Below, piece after piece: positions 1 to 10,786 of a stretch of 64,000 nt of DNA. This DNA is from Selaginella moellendorffii (Eukaryota > Plantae > Lycopodiophyta), in NCBI RefSeq assembly GCF_000143415.4, contig NW_003314294.1, positions 119,402-183,401 of the forward strand. Direction: 5' to 3'. A program made the translations under genes and the position numbers. The notes under the pieces were generated by a model. That model did no database searches. It worked only from the letters and a program-made list of their open reading frames with translations, and was not told the origin of the DNA. How positions within the stretch are numbered: position 1 is the stretch's first letter; each line of letters begins with the position of its first letter.

Positions 1-1851
1 CGCGACTGTTCTATCTGCTGGCACTACCTTTTAAAATCCTTCTTCAGCTATTACACCTCTTGTGGCTTCTCCTTGTTAAAGTGCCATCCTCGGACGTTGT
101 TCTTGTCCAAGTAAGCTAAACCATGGCTTTTTCTAGTATCACTTTGTTCTTATTTGTGACTTTCTAGAATCCACCCTCAGTGCCAGTCCTGGCAGTGGTA
201 AAGTGGACGTGTGTGATAAGAAAGTCCGCGTTCGTAATCGACTGGCACAACTTTGGCTATACTTTATTCGGTCTTAGATTGAATCCAAGCCATATTCTCG
301 TCAAACTCTACTTCTGGTACTACTTACTTGTAAAGTCGTATTCTCGGACGCTTATTATCGCTGCAGGTTTGAAAAGCGTTATGGTAAAATGGCCGATGGC
401 CATCTATGCGTCACGAAAGCGATGCAACACGAGCTTGCAGAGAACTGGGGGATCAGGTCAGGCATTCAACGTTTCTCGCAAAACACTGGCTTAACTCTTT
501 TCATGTTCTGCAGGGCAACCGTTGTCTACGATAGATCACCCGAGTTTTTCCAACCCGCTACCTTGGAGGGAAAGCACGAGGTAAGCTAAAGTTGAGCTGT
601 TTTTTAGATTGCTAGCGGAAACTGATGCATTTTCTTACAGCTGTTTTTAAGGCTGGATGGCTTGTTTAGGCAGCCACTGGGTGAATGGGATTGTTGTTCT
701 GTAAGACTGGAGGAAGATGAGAACGTTCGGTTAGCATCCAGGCAGTATGCTGCTGGTCGAAGGGATTCGAGTAATGTTGCTAGCTCCTCCTGGACCCTCT
801 TCACTTGTCGAAAGTTCGCAGTGGAGGACCCGAGAAAAGAAATCCAGGAGGGCGACCAGTACTTCTATCTGAAAGAAAGGCCAGCACTTATTGTGAGCAG
901 TACTAGCTGGTAAGCGTGCCTCCAAACTTGTATCTCGTGTTCTGACCGTTGCAACAAATCGCAGGACTCCAGATGAGGACTTTGAGATACTGTTGGAGGC
1001 TGCTGTTATGTATGACCGACGTGTGGCGGCATCGCTGGGAGAGCACATAGACAGTGCTTCGGGTGATAGGCGACCCATGAAGAATGCTAGATGTGTTTTC
1101 CCTCGTCTTCTCATCGTTGTTACTGGTATGATATTTCTAGTTCAGCCAGTAATTCTTTTTTTCTGTTTCTTATTCAAGGCAAAGGTCCCCTGCGACAAGA
1201 GTACGAAGAAAGGATAAGCAGGCTACGTTTACATCATGTTGCATTTCGAACGATGTGGCTCGCTGCTGAGGATTATCCTCGTTTGCTTGGTAAAATGGGT
1301 TCTAGCTTTAGATTTCACCTGACGTGCTGGTTTTTCTTTCTTTTAAGGATCGGCTGATCTCGGGGTTAGCTTACATACTTCCTCGTCCGGTCTCGATTTG
1401 CCTATGAAGGTGTGAGGAAGACTTTCTATTTTTCTGACTATCTACATTCCAATGCAGGTTGTGGACATGTTTGGATGCGGATTACCTGTGACGGCCGTTT
1501 CTTATTCATGGTAATTAGCTCGCAGCTTTTGGTTTGTTTCTTCAGCGATTATTTTCCTGTGCAGTATTGACGAGCTGGTCAAGGATCACCAGAATGGGCT
1601 GCTTTTTTCGTCTGCTTCAGAACTTGCAGACCAGTTTATGGTATGAATGTTTGTCTGTCTGCCATGGAGTGACACTTCTTATGCCTCAGGATCTATTTCA
1701 AGGTTTTCCAGACAACTGCGAACACTTGAAGCACTTGAGAGACGGAGCCTTGGCATCGGGTTCGTGTGCGAGATGGGATGACGAGTGGGAGAAGCAAGTT
1801 CTTCCGCTTATTTCCAGGTTTTTGCGACATTCTTTCATTTCTCGATGCTAA
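1..1851 (+). CDS. ALG1: Beta-1,4-mannosyltransferase (ALG1), 5'-truncated by the window edge, many short introns
   Basis: Spliced exons give NPPSVPVL...FVIDWHNFGYTL, RPALIVSSTSWTPDEDF, GKGPLRQEYEERI and [31 protein letters not shown], all ALG1 motifs. The exact last exon is uncertain (possible alternative end near 1919). Confidence 0.93.
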
Positions 1852-2062
1852 CTTTCGTTTCGTTTCGGTGCAGATATTAGACTCGAGGCAATGTACATAC
1901 ACCCGAGAGACTGGTTTAACGAACTTTCGTTGGTAGAGCAGTGTTTTGAACCTCGGAATTTAATTGAACGAACAAGATCTTGCAAGCTTGGACGGCGTCG
2001 ATGGCTTTGCTCCGAGATGGTTTCGCACCCTAGGGTTCGCAGGAAATGCAAAGTGGACCACG

Positions 2063-4004
2063 ATGAGCGAGGACGTCGACAAGCACGTCTTGCGGAAGTA
2101 CCACGTTTGCCAGAAGCTCGGCAAGGGTGTAAGTTGACGGCTCAAAAAGAGTTTTTTATTTGGTGGTGTTATAACTGCTTTGTTTTACTGTTTGCAGGCT
2201 TATGGAATCGTCTGGAAAGCGTTTGATAGGAAGACCAACGATGTTGTTGCTCTCAAAAAGATATTTGACGCGTTTCAAAACTCGACTGATGCTCAGGTTT
2301 GTGGTTCTTTGTCAGAAGTTCCATCTTTCTGACTTGCTGGTTCCAACGTAGAGGACCTTTCGCGAGGTGATGTTTCTTCAGGAGATCAACGATCATGAGA
2401 ACGTCATCAAGTTAGTTTCCCCACCTCTTAAGACTGCTGGCAGTTACATTAATGAACTCGCAGGTTGACAAACGTTCTCAAAGCGGAAAATGACCGTGAC
2501 TTGTACCTAGTGTTTGAGTACATGGGTAAGTTTGCAAGAAAAACTGTAAGCTTATCGATCCATTCCGCAATTTTTCTCCGCGCAGAAACGGATTTGCATG
2601 CTGTTATAAGAGCCAATATTCTCGAGGACGTACATAAACAAGTAAGTTCTTCCGGCTTTTATGTTTGGCTAAATTAGAGGTGTTTGCAGTACATCATGTA
2701 TCAACTCTTTAAATCTTTGAAGTATTTGCACAGCGCAGGGCTGCTGCATCGCGATATCAAGGTGACTTTGTTCAGCCATTGTAAAGAACTGCTGAAAGTA
2801 TTAATGCTTTGAACTTTCAGCCAAGCAATCTACTTTTGGATTCGGATTGCCGATGCAAGCTTGCAGATTTTGGTTTGGCACGATCGGTATGCTGCTTATG
2901 AGAACGCTTTACAATTCTTGTATGAGCCTTTCCTTTTTTGAGTGAAGGTTGCCCAATTGAAAGATGACATGGGACAAGCGCAAGTGCTAACAGACTATGT
3001 TGCTACTCGATGGTACTCCAATTAGAAGCATCTTCACATCATGGATTTTACAAAATGTGGTTTATCAAACAGGTATAGAGCACCCGAAATTCTTCTTGGT
3101 TCCACAAAGTAAGCAGGTGAGACTTTTATGGTAACCGTTTGTGAATTAACAATCTCGCTTAACAGCTACACCTTTGGAGTGGACATGTGGTCGAGTGGCT
3201 GCATTCTTGGCGAGTTGTTGAACGGGAAGCCTGTTTTTCCAGGTGAGTCTGTGATAAACACGGGAAAATCTCTGAATCTCTCTTGGCACTGGCACGTACA
3301 GGGGCATCGACTATGAACCAAATTGAAAAAGTTCTGGATCTAATAGGAAAACCGGCTTCGGTATGTGACGCGCTGATTTTTCAGCCGGACTAACACTGTT
3401 TTGATGAGACAAAGTGAAGGACGACATAGCAGCTTTCGAATCGCCATTTGCTGCAGCTATGATTGAGAACATGGCTATAACTGGCCCCAGGTGGGAAAGA
3501 ATAAGAGTTTTAAGATTGATTTAGTGTTTCACTCCGAGCAGATCATTTAGAAAAGCTTTCCCCAGCGCCACTGCTGAAGCTGCGGACCTACTACGCAAAT
3601 TGCTACACTTTAATCCTCAGAAGAGGCTTACAGCGGAGGTAACTTTGCAACTTCTTTTGCTATAATCTTCCTGATTTGTGTGTGTGTGCTGCAGCAAGCA
3701 TTGCAACATCCATACGTAGCTCAATTTCACAACCCTCGTGAGGAGCCATCGTGCAATCGATTGATCAGGATTCCCATTGACGACAATCACAAGTAAGAGC
3801 TGGGTTTTTTCTGTCGCTCTGACTTATCCCCTTTTGCTTTCAAACAGATTCACGATCCACGAGTATCGGGAAAGGCTATACGCCGAAATCATCAGCCGGA
3901 AGAAAGAGATCAGGAAGAAGGCTCGAGAGCGAGAACGGAGCCTCCACAGAGAGATGTCAAGAATGCAATCGAGACGCTCGTCTTACCATCCCAGAGCAAG
4001 CTAG
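2063..4004 (+). CDS. MAP kinase of the ERK7/MAPK15 type, TDY activation loop, ~15 exons
   Basis: Splicing by hand gives [13 protein letters not shown]...[12 protein letters not shown]...[23 protein letters not shown]...HRDIKPSN...DFGLARS...[20 protein letters not shown]...[19 protein letters not shown]. The FDAFQNxTDAQRTFRE motif is typical of ERK7/8. Confidence 0.9.
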
Positions 4005-4267
4005 AAGTGAGCTTTCTTGCTCTCCTGTTCTGTAGACTTATTCGAGATCTCTCTCTTCCAGCTTCGCGAAACTTACACCAAGTGCCTGTCGCGGAGGAAC
4101 CCCACTCCTTACTTCATCGAGAATGGAAAGAGTGGATCAATCGCTCGAAGTAGAGAGTGGGGTTCTGTCCGTGACAGAAACTTGGTATGTCACGCATTGC
4201 TTGCCACTGAGATCTGCGTAGAAAAGCACGCAAAGAGTTAAAGAGATCTTTCGTTAGCTCCAAATGC

Positions 4268-4380
4268 CCTCACCATATAACATGGAGCACGCGAGTCAGT
4301 CATATCCAAGGGTCCTCACCATACACGCGAGTCAATGATATTCAAAGGTCCTCACCATATAAAATGGAGCACGTGGTCAA
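4268..4380. repeat. Imperfect tandem repeat, ~3 copies of CCTCACCATA...CACGCGAGTCA
   Basis: The cctcaccata core recurs near 4268, 4314 and 4350, with shared flanks. Confidence 0.65.
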
Positions 4381-4513
4381 CATTCGGCACCTAGTCAAAG
4401 TTTAGGTCAACTTTAGGTTAACAATGCATTAACACTGCATTGTTAATGCAGTGTTAAAAGCTTGCTTTCACTACAGTAAAAAGAGTTCTTCCTAAGAAGA
4501 ATGAAAGAAGCGT

Positions 4514-5761
4514 TCACTGTTCGAGGGGAGAATTTGCTACTGCTTGATCCAATTCCCACTCGTAAACACCCTGGCATTCCTCTGCGAGGCTCGTGGAGCA
4601 CGCCCGGACGATCGATCGCAAGGCGAAGAGATTCGTCTCCACGCCCTCGAGATCCATCTCCCGGAACAATCCCAGCGCCTGGCGACCCAGCCCGCGATGC
4701 GCACACGCCCACAGCATCGTGTTCCACGACACCGCATCTCTCTCGCGCATTCCCCGGAAGAAATCCCAGGCCCTCTCCATCTCCCCGCACCTCGCAAAGA
4801 GATTTAGCACCGAGTTCTCCACGCCAATGTCCAAATCCTCCGTGCTCTCGCGGATCGAGACCCCTAGCTCGAGCCTTCCCTGTACGGCACACGCGAGGAT
4901 CGCGCACCGCCGCGCGTGAGAGCTTGGCCGTACGCCCCGGGACACCATAGATTCGTAGAGATCAAGAGCCTCGTCAAAATGCCCGTGTTGGGCAAATGCT
5001 GCGACCATCGCGTTTGCCACCATAGCATCTCTTGGAGCGAATTCCTCGAACAACGCTCTTGCGCAATCGATGCATTCGCAGCGCACATACATTTTCAAGA
5101 TGCTGTTTTGGAGAGCTTCGAGGAGTTCTTGGCCGGTGGCAGCGATCCTCGCGTGAACAGCGATGCCATCTCTGGGCATCTTGAGAGATCCACACGCCTC
5201 GAGCGCGGCCGCGAAGATCGCCGCATTGGGCTCGATCTCCGCCTGGAACAACAGCCTCCGGTAGAGATCGATCGCCTTGCGGTGCTGCCCATTGCGCGAG
5301 TACCCCTCGATCATCGAGCTCCACGACGCGGCGTCCTTGATCTTGATCCTCGCAAACGCCACGCGCGCCTCCTTCGTCCCGCCCAATCGCGCCATCGCCT
5401 GGACGAGAAGATTGCCCACTTGGGCATCCTCCGCGGCCCCAGGCAAGCTCGCGAAGATCCGGGCCTGGATCGCACGCGCCTCTTCCAGCGACTGGGCGCT
5501 CGCGAGCGACGATTCGATCCATCGCCAGTGGGAGGAGAGAGGGGACCGGCGATCCGAGAGGTGCTGCTGTGCCAAGTCCGCCCATGGATCGCCGGGGAGA
5601 TTGGCGACCATCCACGAGAGGTAAGAATTGGAGACGCTGCTTAGGCGCTTCCCCTTGTGCCTTCCAAAGCTAAGAACAATCGAGTTGCGAGCGCTCTCAT
5701 TGGTTTTCTCTCCAGAGCACAGCGCGAGAATTCTCACTCCCACTCCCACCGATTGGATCAT
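4514..5761 (-). CDS. Intronless PLS-type PPR protein with a non-PPR N-terminal FGRHKG domain and no E/DYW domain
   Basis: 415-aa ORF with PPR motifs (DAASWSSMIEGYSRNG, NSILKMYVRC, DAVSWNTMLWACAHRG). The N-terminus reads LSFGRHKGKRLSSVSNSYLSWM. Confidence 0.88.
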   Translation of the reverse strand: MIQSVGVGVRILALCSGEKTNESARNSIVLSFGRHKGKRLSSVSNSYLSWMVANLPGDPWADLAQQHLSDRRSPLSSHWRWIESSLASAQSLEEARAIQARIFASLPGAAEDAQVGNLLVQAMARLGGTKEARVAFARIKIKDAASWSSMIEGYSRNGQHRKAIDLYRRLLFQAEIEPNAAIFAAALEACGSLKMPRDGIAVHARIAATGQELLEALQNSILKMYVRCECIDCARALFEEFAPRDAMVANAMVAAFAQHGHFDEALDLYESMVSRGVRPSSHARRCAILACAVQGRLELGVSIRESTEDLDIGVENSVLNLFARCGEMERAWDFFRGMRERDAVSWNTMLWACAHRGLGRQALGLFREMDLEGVETNLFALRSIVRACSTSLAEECQGVYEWELDQAVANSPLEQ

Positions 5762-5891
5762 CGATACAAATCTTTAGCTGAAAAAGCTAAAAGAAATCAA
5801 CACCGCTTTCTTCTAGGCCGGATAGATCTCTCAATTCATCGAACTCGTGGATGCCTCTGTTTCAAAAGCTTGAGTTTGTAAATTGTAATTT

Positions 5892-5963
5892 CGCCGTTGC
5901 CGGGGATTGAACCCGGGTCGTCCGCGTGACAGGCGGAAATACTCACCACTATACTACAACGAC
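5892..5963 (-). tRNA. trnD-GTC: tRNA-Asp (GTC)
   Basis: The reverse complement GTCGTTGTAGTATAGTGGTGAGTATTTCCGCCTGTCACGCGGACGACCCGGGTTCAATCCCCGGCAACGGCG (72 nt) folds as a cloverleaf with a GTC anticodon and A/B boxes. Confidence 0.96.
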
Positions 5964-6510
5964 ATTAGACAATTACTACAAAGGATAAAAGGCAATTAGA
6001 AAAACTACATTTACCCCAAATTTTCAGATGGCTCCCTTAGTTTTTTGTTAATCAATTCTAATTGTCTTCACGTTTATTGATTGATATTTTTTTCTTTGTT
6101 TCTTTTGTATTGGAGTTTCTTCCTTATTCATGATATAATCGGGTAGATTTTGTTGAAAGGTCTGTTTTCCTTTATTCAGGATTTACAAGCTTTCCATCTG
6201 AGAAATTTTTTGGCATGATGCACAACATTTTTTTCTACTTTATCTCTGATAGATTTTTTTGTTAGCATGAAGAAGCACCTCTTCTTGATCCAGCTCGATC
6301 TGGCGCCTTGTAGAGCCGATCCCGGGTTCGAACCCACCCGAAGAGGGACCCAATTCTTTTAAACATGTTGGGGGAGAGATTCGAACGTGTCACGTCTTAG
6401 TACTTCGACAAATTTTGGAGGTCCTGTAGGAGAAAAAAATCTATAAAACCTTTTTCAACATTATCAAGTTAGTGTCTTAGTGATCCAAGGTTCTTCCTTT
6501 CAACTCCAAG

Positions 6511-8730
6511 CTAGATCTTTCCACTTCGCGGTGGATCAAACACGAGAGGGAGAGAGTCCCGGTCTCCTCTCTTCACGTGTTCTTGCAGCTTCGCTCTTCC
6601 CTGCGATGGCCGACAGCGTTTAGAACATATGGCGAGAGAAAACCAGAGATTTCTACCTGAATCCGAGCGTAAGTTATCTGGCAGATCTTCCTCGAGTTGT
6701 GCGCTTCCCATTGCAGGTTGTGGAACGCTTTGTAAAACCTCCCGCAGGCCGCGACCGAGACGAAGTTGACAAATGCGTAACCAAGGTTACACTGGTTCCT
6801 GGGAAAGCAAGCTCTAGACCGCGTACATAGTAAAAGAACACTCGACGATGGTCACCTGGGATCGATCGGAAGGTACAAGAAATCGTACGCGGAAACATCC
6901 TCAGAACTGTCGATCTGCGCATTGCATTGAGCGCAATGACCATCTATCTTGTCCATGAGCTTCTCCTGACTGCAAAGAGCACAAAAACAAGAATGAGAAG
7001 CGATCGATGCATAAGAAAAGAGAAACTTTTACCTGTATTTGTTGGGAAGATTCTTGATCATGAGAGTCGTCCTCTCGTCCTTCAACTCCTCGTCGAATTT
7101 GTACGAGCAATCCTCGAGCATTCTTCTCCTTTCCTTCGGATTCCCACGAGCACCTGACAAACTCCACAAAGGAGCTTGCCAAGCTTGGTACGTGCTTATA
7201 GCCGGAGGAACGCCGGCGTAGAAACCAGGCGGAGTAAAGAGCGGCGCCGCTGCTGGAGGAGGGGCCTTCCACTCCACCGCGCGCTGGAAGCTCTCAAACG
7301 CCACCGCCGGGTACAAGTCGAGGATGGAATGGTGCTCGCTGTGCCTCTGGAGCATCCCACCGGGGCGACTGAACTCGATCTTGACAGTGCTGCCGAGAAC
7401 GTCCTCGCCATCCAGCGCCTCTTTCGCTCGAGCGGCGTCGCGTACGTCGAAGAACTCGACGAACTTGTGCGTTCGCTTGATCGGAGTCTCTCGGATCTCC
7501 TTCACATCACCTGGCCGGCAAGGCAAATTCCAGAAAAGAGTTAGAATCTCAGAAGCTGGAAGTTGGCGGACACCATAAAAGCCGAGAAAATAAAATCTAG
7601 CGAATCTAGTGCTTCTAGATTTGCTATTTAATGCGTGTTGCCTATAGCGCAAGTGGAAAGAACTCTAGAGCTTAGCTCGCAAATCTCAAGAAAGAACCAG
7701 TCCCACGCAAGACAATGATAGAACACTCACAGAACACAATGCCAAAGAGCAAGCGATCTTCGAGAAAGAAAGAGCTACCTAGAGATGAAGAGAAAAATCC
7801 ATTCTTACCGTATTTCTTGAAGACGCTGTTGATGGTCTCGATGGAGATGGCGACATCCAGGTTGAAGACGACGAGCGTGCCTTGATTCTCCATCTCTGGA
7901 AACTCCTCCTTCTCGCTCACGCAGCAGCACAGCGGCACGAATTTGGCCCACAGCGCGGCGCCGCAAACGAGGCCCCGCTCGCGGCGCAGCTTCTCGCCGG
8001 CGGCGCGCAGTGCCGCCCGCGTCACCTCGATCTGGCGCCGCGCGGCGCTCTTGGCGTCCTCTCGGACAGCGTGACGCCAGGCCCTCTGGAAGTGATCCAT
8101 CCGGCGGAGCAGCAGGAATTTGTGCTGCTGGATGAGGTGCTGCGCGTGGATGTCCTTGAGCGCCTGGGCGGCGTGGCGGACGTCGCAGTAGTGGGCGATC
8201 ACAATGCCGCGCTCCGCCATGGCGGCGAAGGAGATGTAGCGCAGCGCGCCCCACTGCTCGAGCTGGGACTGGAGCTGGCCGGGATCGATCGGATAGGGGA
8301 TATTGCCGAGGATGAGCGAGCGGGAGGAGTGCTCGCGAGCGATGGAGGATGGAGCGATGTGGCGGACGTTGGAGATCGAATCGAAGATCGGCGAGGGATA
8401 GAAGAAATACTGTGCCATGCCTTCTTCTTCTCCTCCTCGATCGCAATCTTCTTGAGCCGATGTCTCGGATTCCTCTCCACTTTCTTGCTGCTCGACGCGA
8501 TTCTCATCCTCGTCGGAAGATTCTTGCACGAGACTAAACTCGTGCCGACGATGGGGAGGAGCAAGAGGAGAAGAGAATGCCGGGAGAGGAGCGATCGATT
8601 CTTCCAGCGGCTGAAACTCCCGAGCATCGGGATTGAGCTTGGACAGGATCGGCGCGGGGAGGAAGCGCGGAAAGATTTTGATCCATTGAGCCGGAGCAGG
8701 ATCGACGATCGGCGGAGCGAAGATCATCAT
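6511..8730 (-). CDS. TERMINAL EAR1-like / MEI2-like RRM RNA-binding protein, 5 exons
   Basis: RRM1 ([10 protein letters not shown]), RRM2 ([11 protein letters not shown]...[14 protein letters not shown]) and MEI2 RRM3 ([13 protein letters not shown]...YDFLYLPID...[10 protein letters not shown]...[12 protein letters not shown]). The inserted DGHCAQCN segment is typical of the TEL clade. Confidence 0.9.
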
Positions 8731-9284
8731 TCTGCCCGCCCAAAATGCCAAGAACCCTAAATTATACCCCTGTTCCGTCCCCCATCCAACGGCTCGCACG
8801 GCGGGACATCCGACGGCTGTGGACACACTGTACGGTCTTGGAAGCGCGTAAAGGCCAAAATCTTTCACAAATCACCTCTCGTGTCACTCTCGCTTAACTT
8901 CCCACCGTACGGCCTTCCGAGAGTGATGGAGGGCGGCTCGAGCACAAGCAAGCCGGGACAAGAATATTCTTATTCCTCGATTCCCAGGCTCCAAACCGGA
9001 TCGCAATCATTACACCTTTCTATCGTTTTCTCTGTAGGGTAGCCCTACCACCCTATCCCCACGACACACATTTTCTCTATCTTACGTACTCGACGCCCAG
9101 CCATGCACAAAAGAAATTTTGCGGAAGATTTTCTAATTAAGGCTGGATCCGTACGGATAAAGTATTTAACGAGACAGTTAAATACGAGACTATTAACTAT
9201 CTATCTTCCCCTAAACGAAAATAGTATAATTTTAATTAATCTAAAATATTTATAAACTTTAAATTAGAAAAAGGTGGTGGAGAT

Positions 9285-10343
9285 CTAAGTGGGAGTGATC
9301 CCGGCATTTGCTATTCGAGATAAAAGAGAGACAAGACATATACACAGGAGGATTGCCTGGAGCAACGCCAGGAACCCACGCCGGAGAACTAAACCTTTGC
9401 TTTCCTCTACATCCAGCCACTGGCTTTGGATGGTCTCCAGCTCCATCACCCTCTTCTTGAGCTCTTCCACGCCATCGTCTTGGCTCGCAGCTGGGGAAAA
9501 AGATCTGGCAGCCACTTCGTTGCGATCGCGATGGAGATCTCGATGGCCATCCATCGAACTCTTCAAAGTGTGCGAGTCTTTCAAGTTGTTTTCCACCATG
9601 TTGTTGAGAAGCCCCTCTTGGAGCTGGACCACTCCGATCAACTCGTCGACGAATGTGACCAAATGTTCCTTGACCAGTTCTTGAGATTCGTGAAGAGAGC
9701 TCGAGGATCTTGGCTGCGACTGCGGTGCCTCCTGGAAAACAGAAGAATTCATCGTCTCTGCATGCTGCTGCCTCTCTAACGACGAGCATTGATCTAGAAA
9801 AACTTTTGCGGGATCTAGAAAAAAAAACCAAACCGAAAAGGGAAAAAAATGAAAGAGAACCAGCCTATACCTCGAATCGCATCGATGGAGTCCAAGCTCG
9901 GACTCACAGTCATCGGCAACAGCTTTGGAGTTGCTGCCTCGGATGGATCTGTCCAAAGAATGGAGTCTCAAACCAAAAAAATAGAATCCTTCTTTTCTGG
10001 GAGACCCGGCACTACCTTTCGATGGCGAGCTCGAGGAAGAATCACTGGAGCACGACGATGAAGAAGAAGAGAAGGGCCGGCAACTGGATCTGGAAGAGCT
10101 GCCGGAGGAGAAATTTCCATCGACGATCTGCCAGGAGAGAGATTTCTTGAGCGATTGCTCCATCCGCAAAATCTCGAGCAACTGCTGCTCCTCCCGGCGC
10201 CGATGCGTGGCCGGCATCGCCAATCTTGCCCTGGGACTGTATGCGCGATGAAAAGCCGCGACGATCTTGTCGATCGGGGGCTCGTCGAGCGCGTCGTCGA
10301 TGTAGAGCCTGAGCCGCCTAAGATCTGACACTAGGGCCTCCAT
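9285..10343 (-). CDS. Coiled-coil, tail-anchored membrane protein, putative plant KASH-like; probable intron near 9800-9870
   Basis: Ser-rich linker, coiled-coil segments, a C-terminal hydrophobic helix (FLALLQAILLCICLVSLL), then a short tail ending ITPT-stop. Confidence 0.7.
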   Translation of the reverse strand: MEALVSDLRRLRLYIDDALDEPPIDKIVAAFHRAYSPRARLAMPATHRRREEQQLLEILRMEQSLKKSLSWQIVDGNFSSGSSSRSSCRPFSSSSSSCSSDSSSSSPSKGSAGSPRKEGFYFFGLRLHSLDRSIRGSNSKAVADDCESELGLHRCDSRYRLVLFHFFPFSVWFFFLDPAKVFLDQCSSLERQQHAETMNSSVFQEAPQSQPRSSSSLHESQELVKEHLVTFVDELIGVVQLQEGLLNNMVENNLKDSHTLKSSMDGHRDLHRDRNEVAARSFSPAASQDDGVEELKKRVMELETIQSQWLDVEESKGLVLRRGFLALLQAILLCICLVSLLSRIANAGITPT

Positions 10344-10786
10344 CCATCCGCAAGAACCATAAAAATCCCTCGCGCTTCTTGCATGCGATGCTTTTCTTAT
10401 TTAGGGTATAATCACGACAGCGTGGCATACACGTGTCCGCCACGTCGGAAGAGCCCTAAAGCCCCGGACGCCGGGGCAGGAATTAAATAGGGCTGACTGT
10501 TGTGACTATTGCGTCTTCGTCGTTCTCCATTTTCCTCCAAATTCTCTCCCTCGTCTAGACCTAAATATCGCCTCCCAGATCGCCGTGTTCTTCGCCACAT
10601 TCTCTTCTCCACTGCAATCGGCTTGGCGGCGCTCTAGGCGCCGTGTGCTCGAGGTGAGAATCGCTGCATCTTTCTTCTCTTTCGCTCGCCAGCGCCTCGA
10701 TTTCTAGAACTAGGGCTCTTGATTTGGAGCTCTCGCGTTTCTTTTCACGCGGATTTCGACTGATTGCTGGATTGGCAGTGGCAGGA

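Noticed and set aside
4443-8760. Long overlapping ORFs (e.g. 4916-5644 +, 7882-8760 +, 7805-8446 -)
   Set aside because: Shadow frames of GC-rich PPR and TEL coding sequence; no motifs.
10200-10343. NAB/KIP1-like similarity (IVAAFHRAY) at the N-terminus of the KASH-like protein
   Set aside because: Only a few residues match; the core DSFAxRAEMYY motif is absent.
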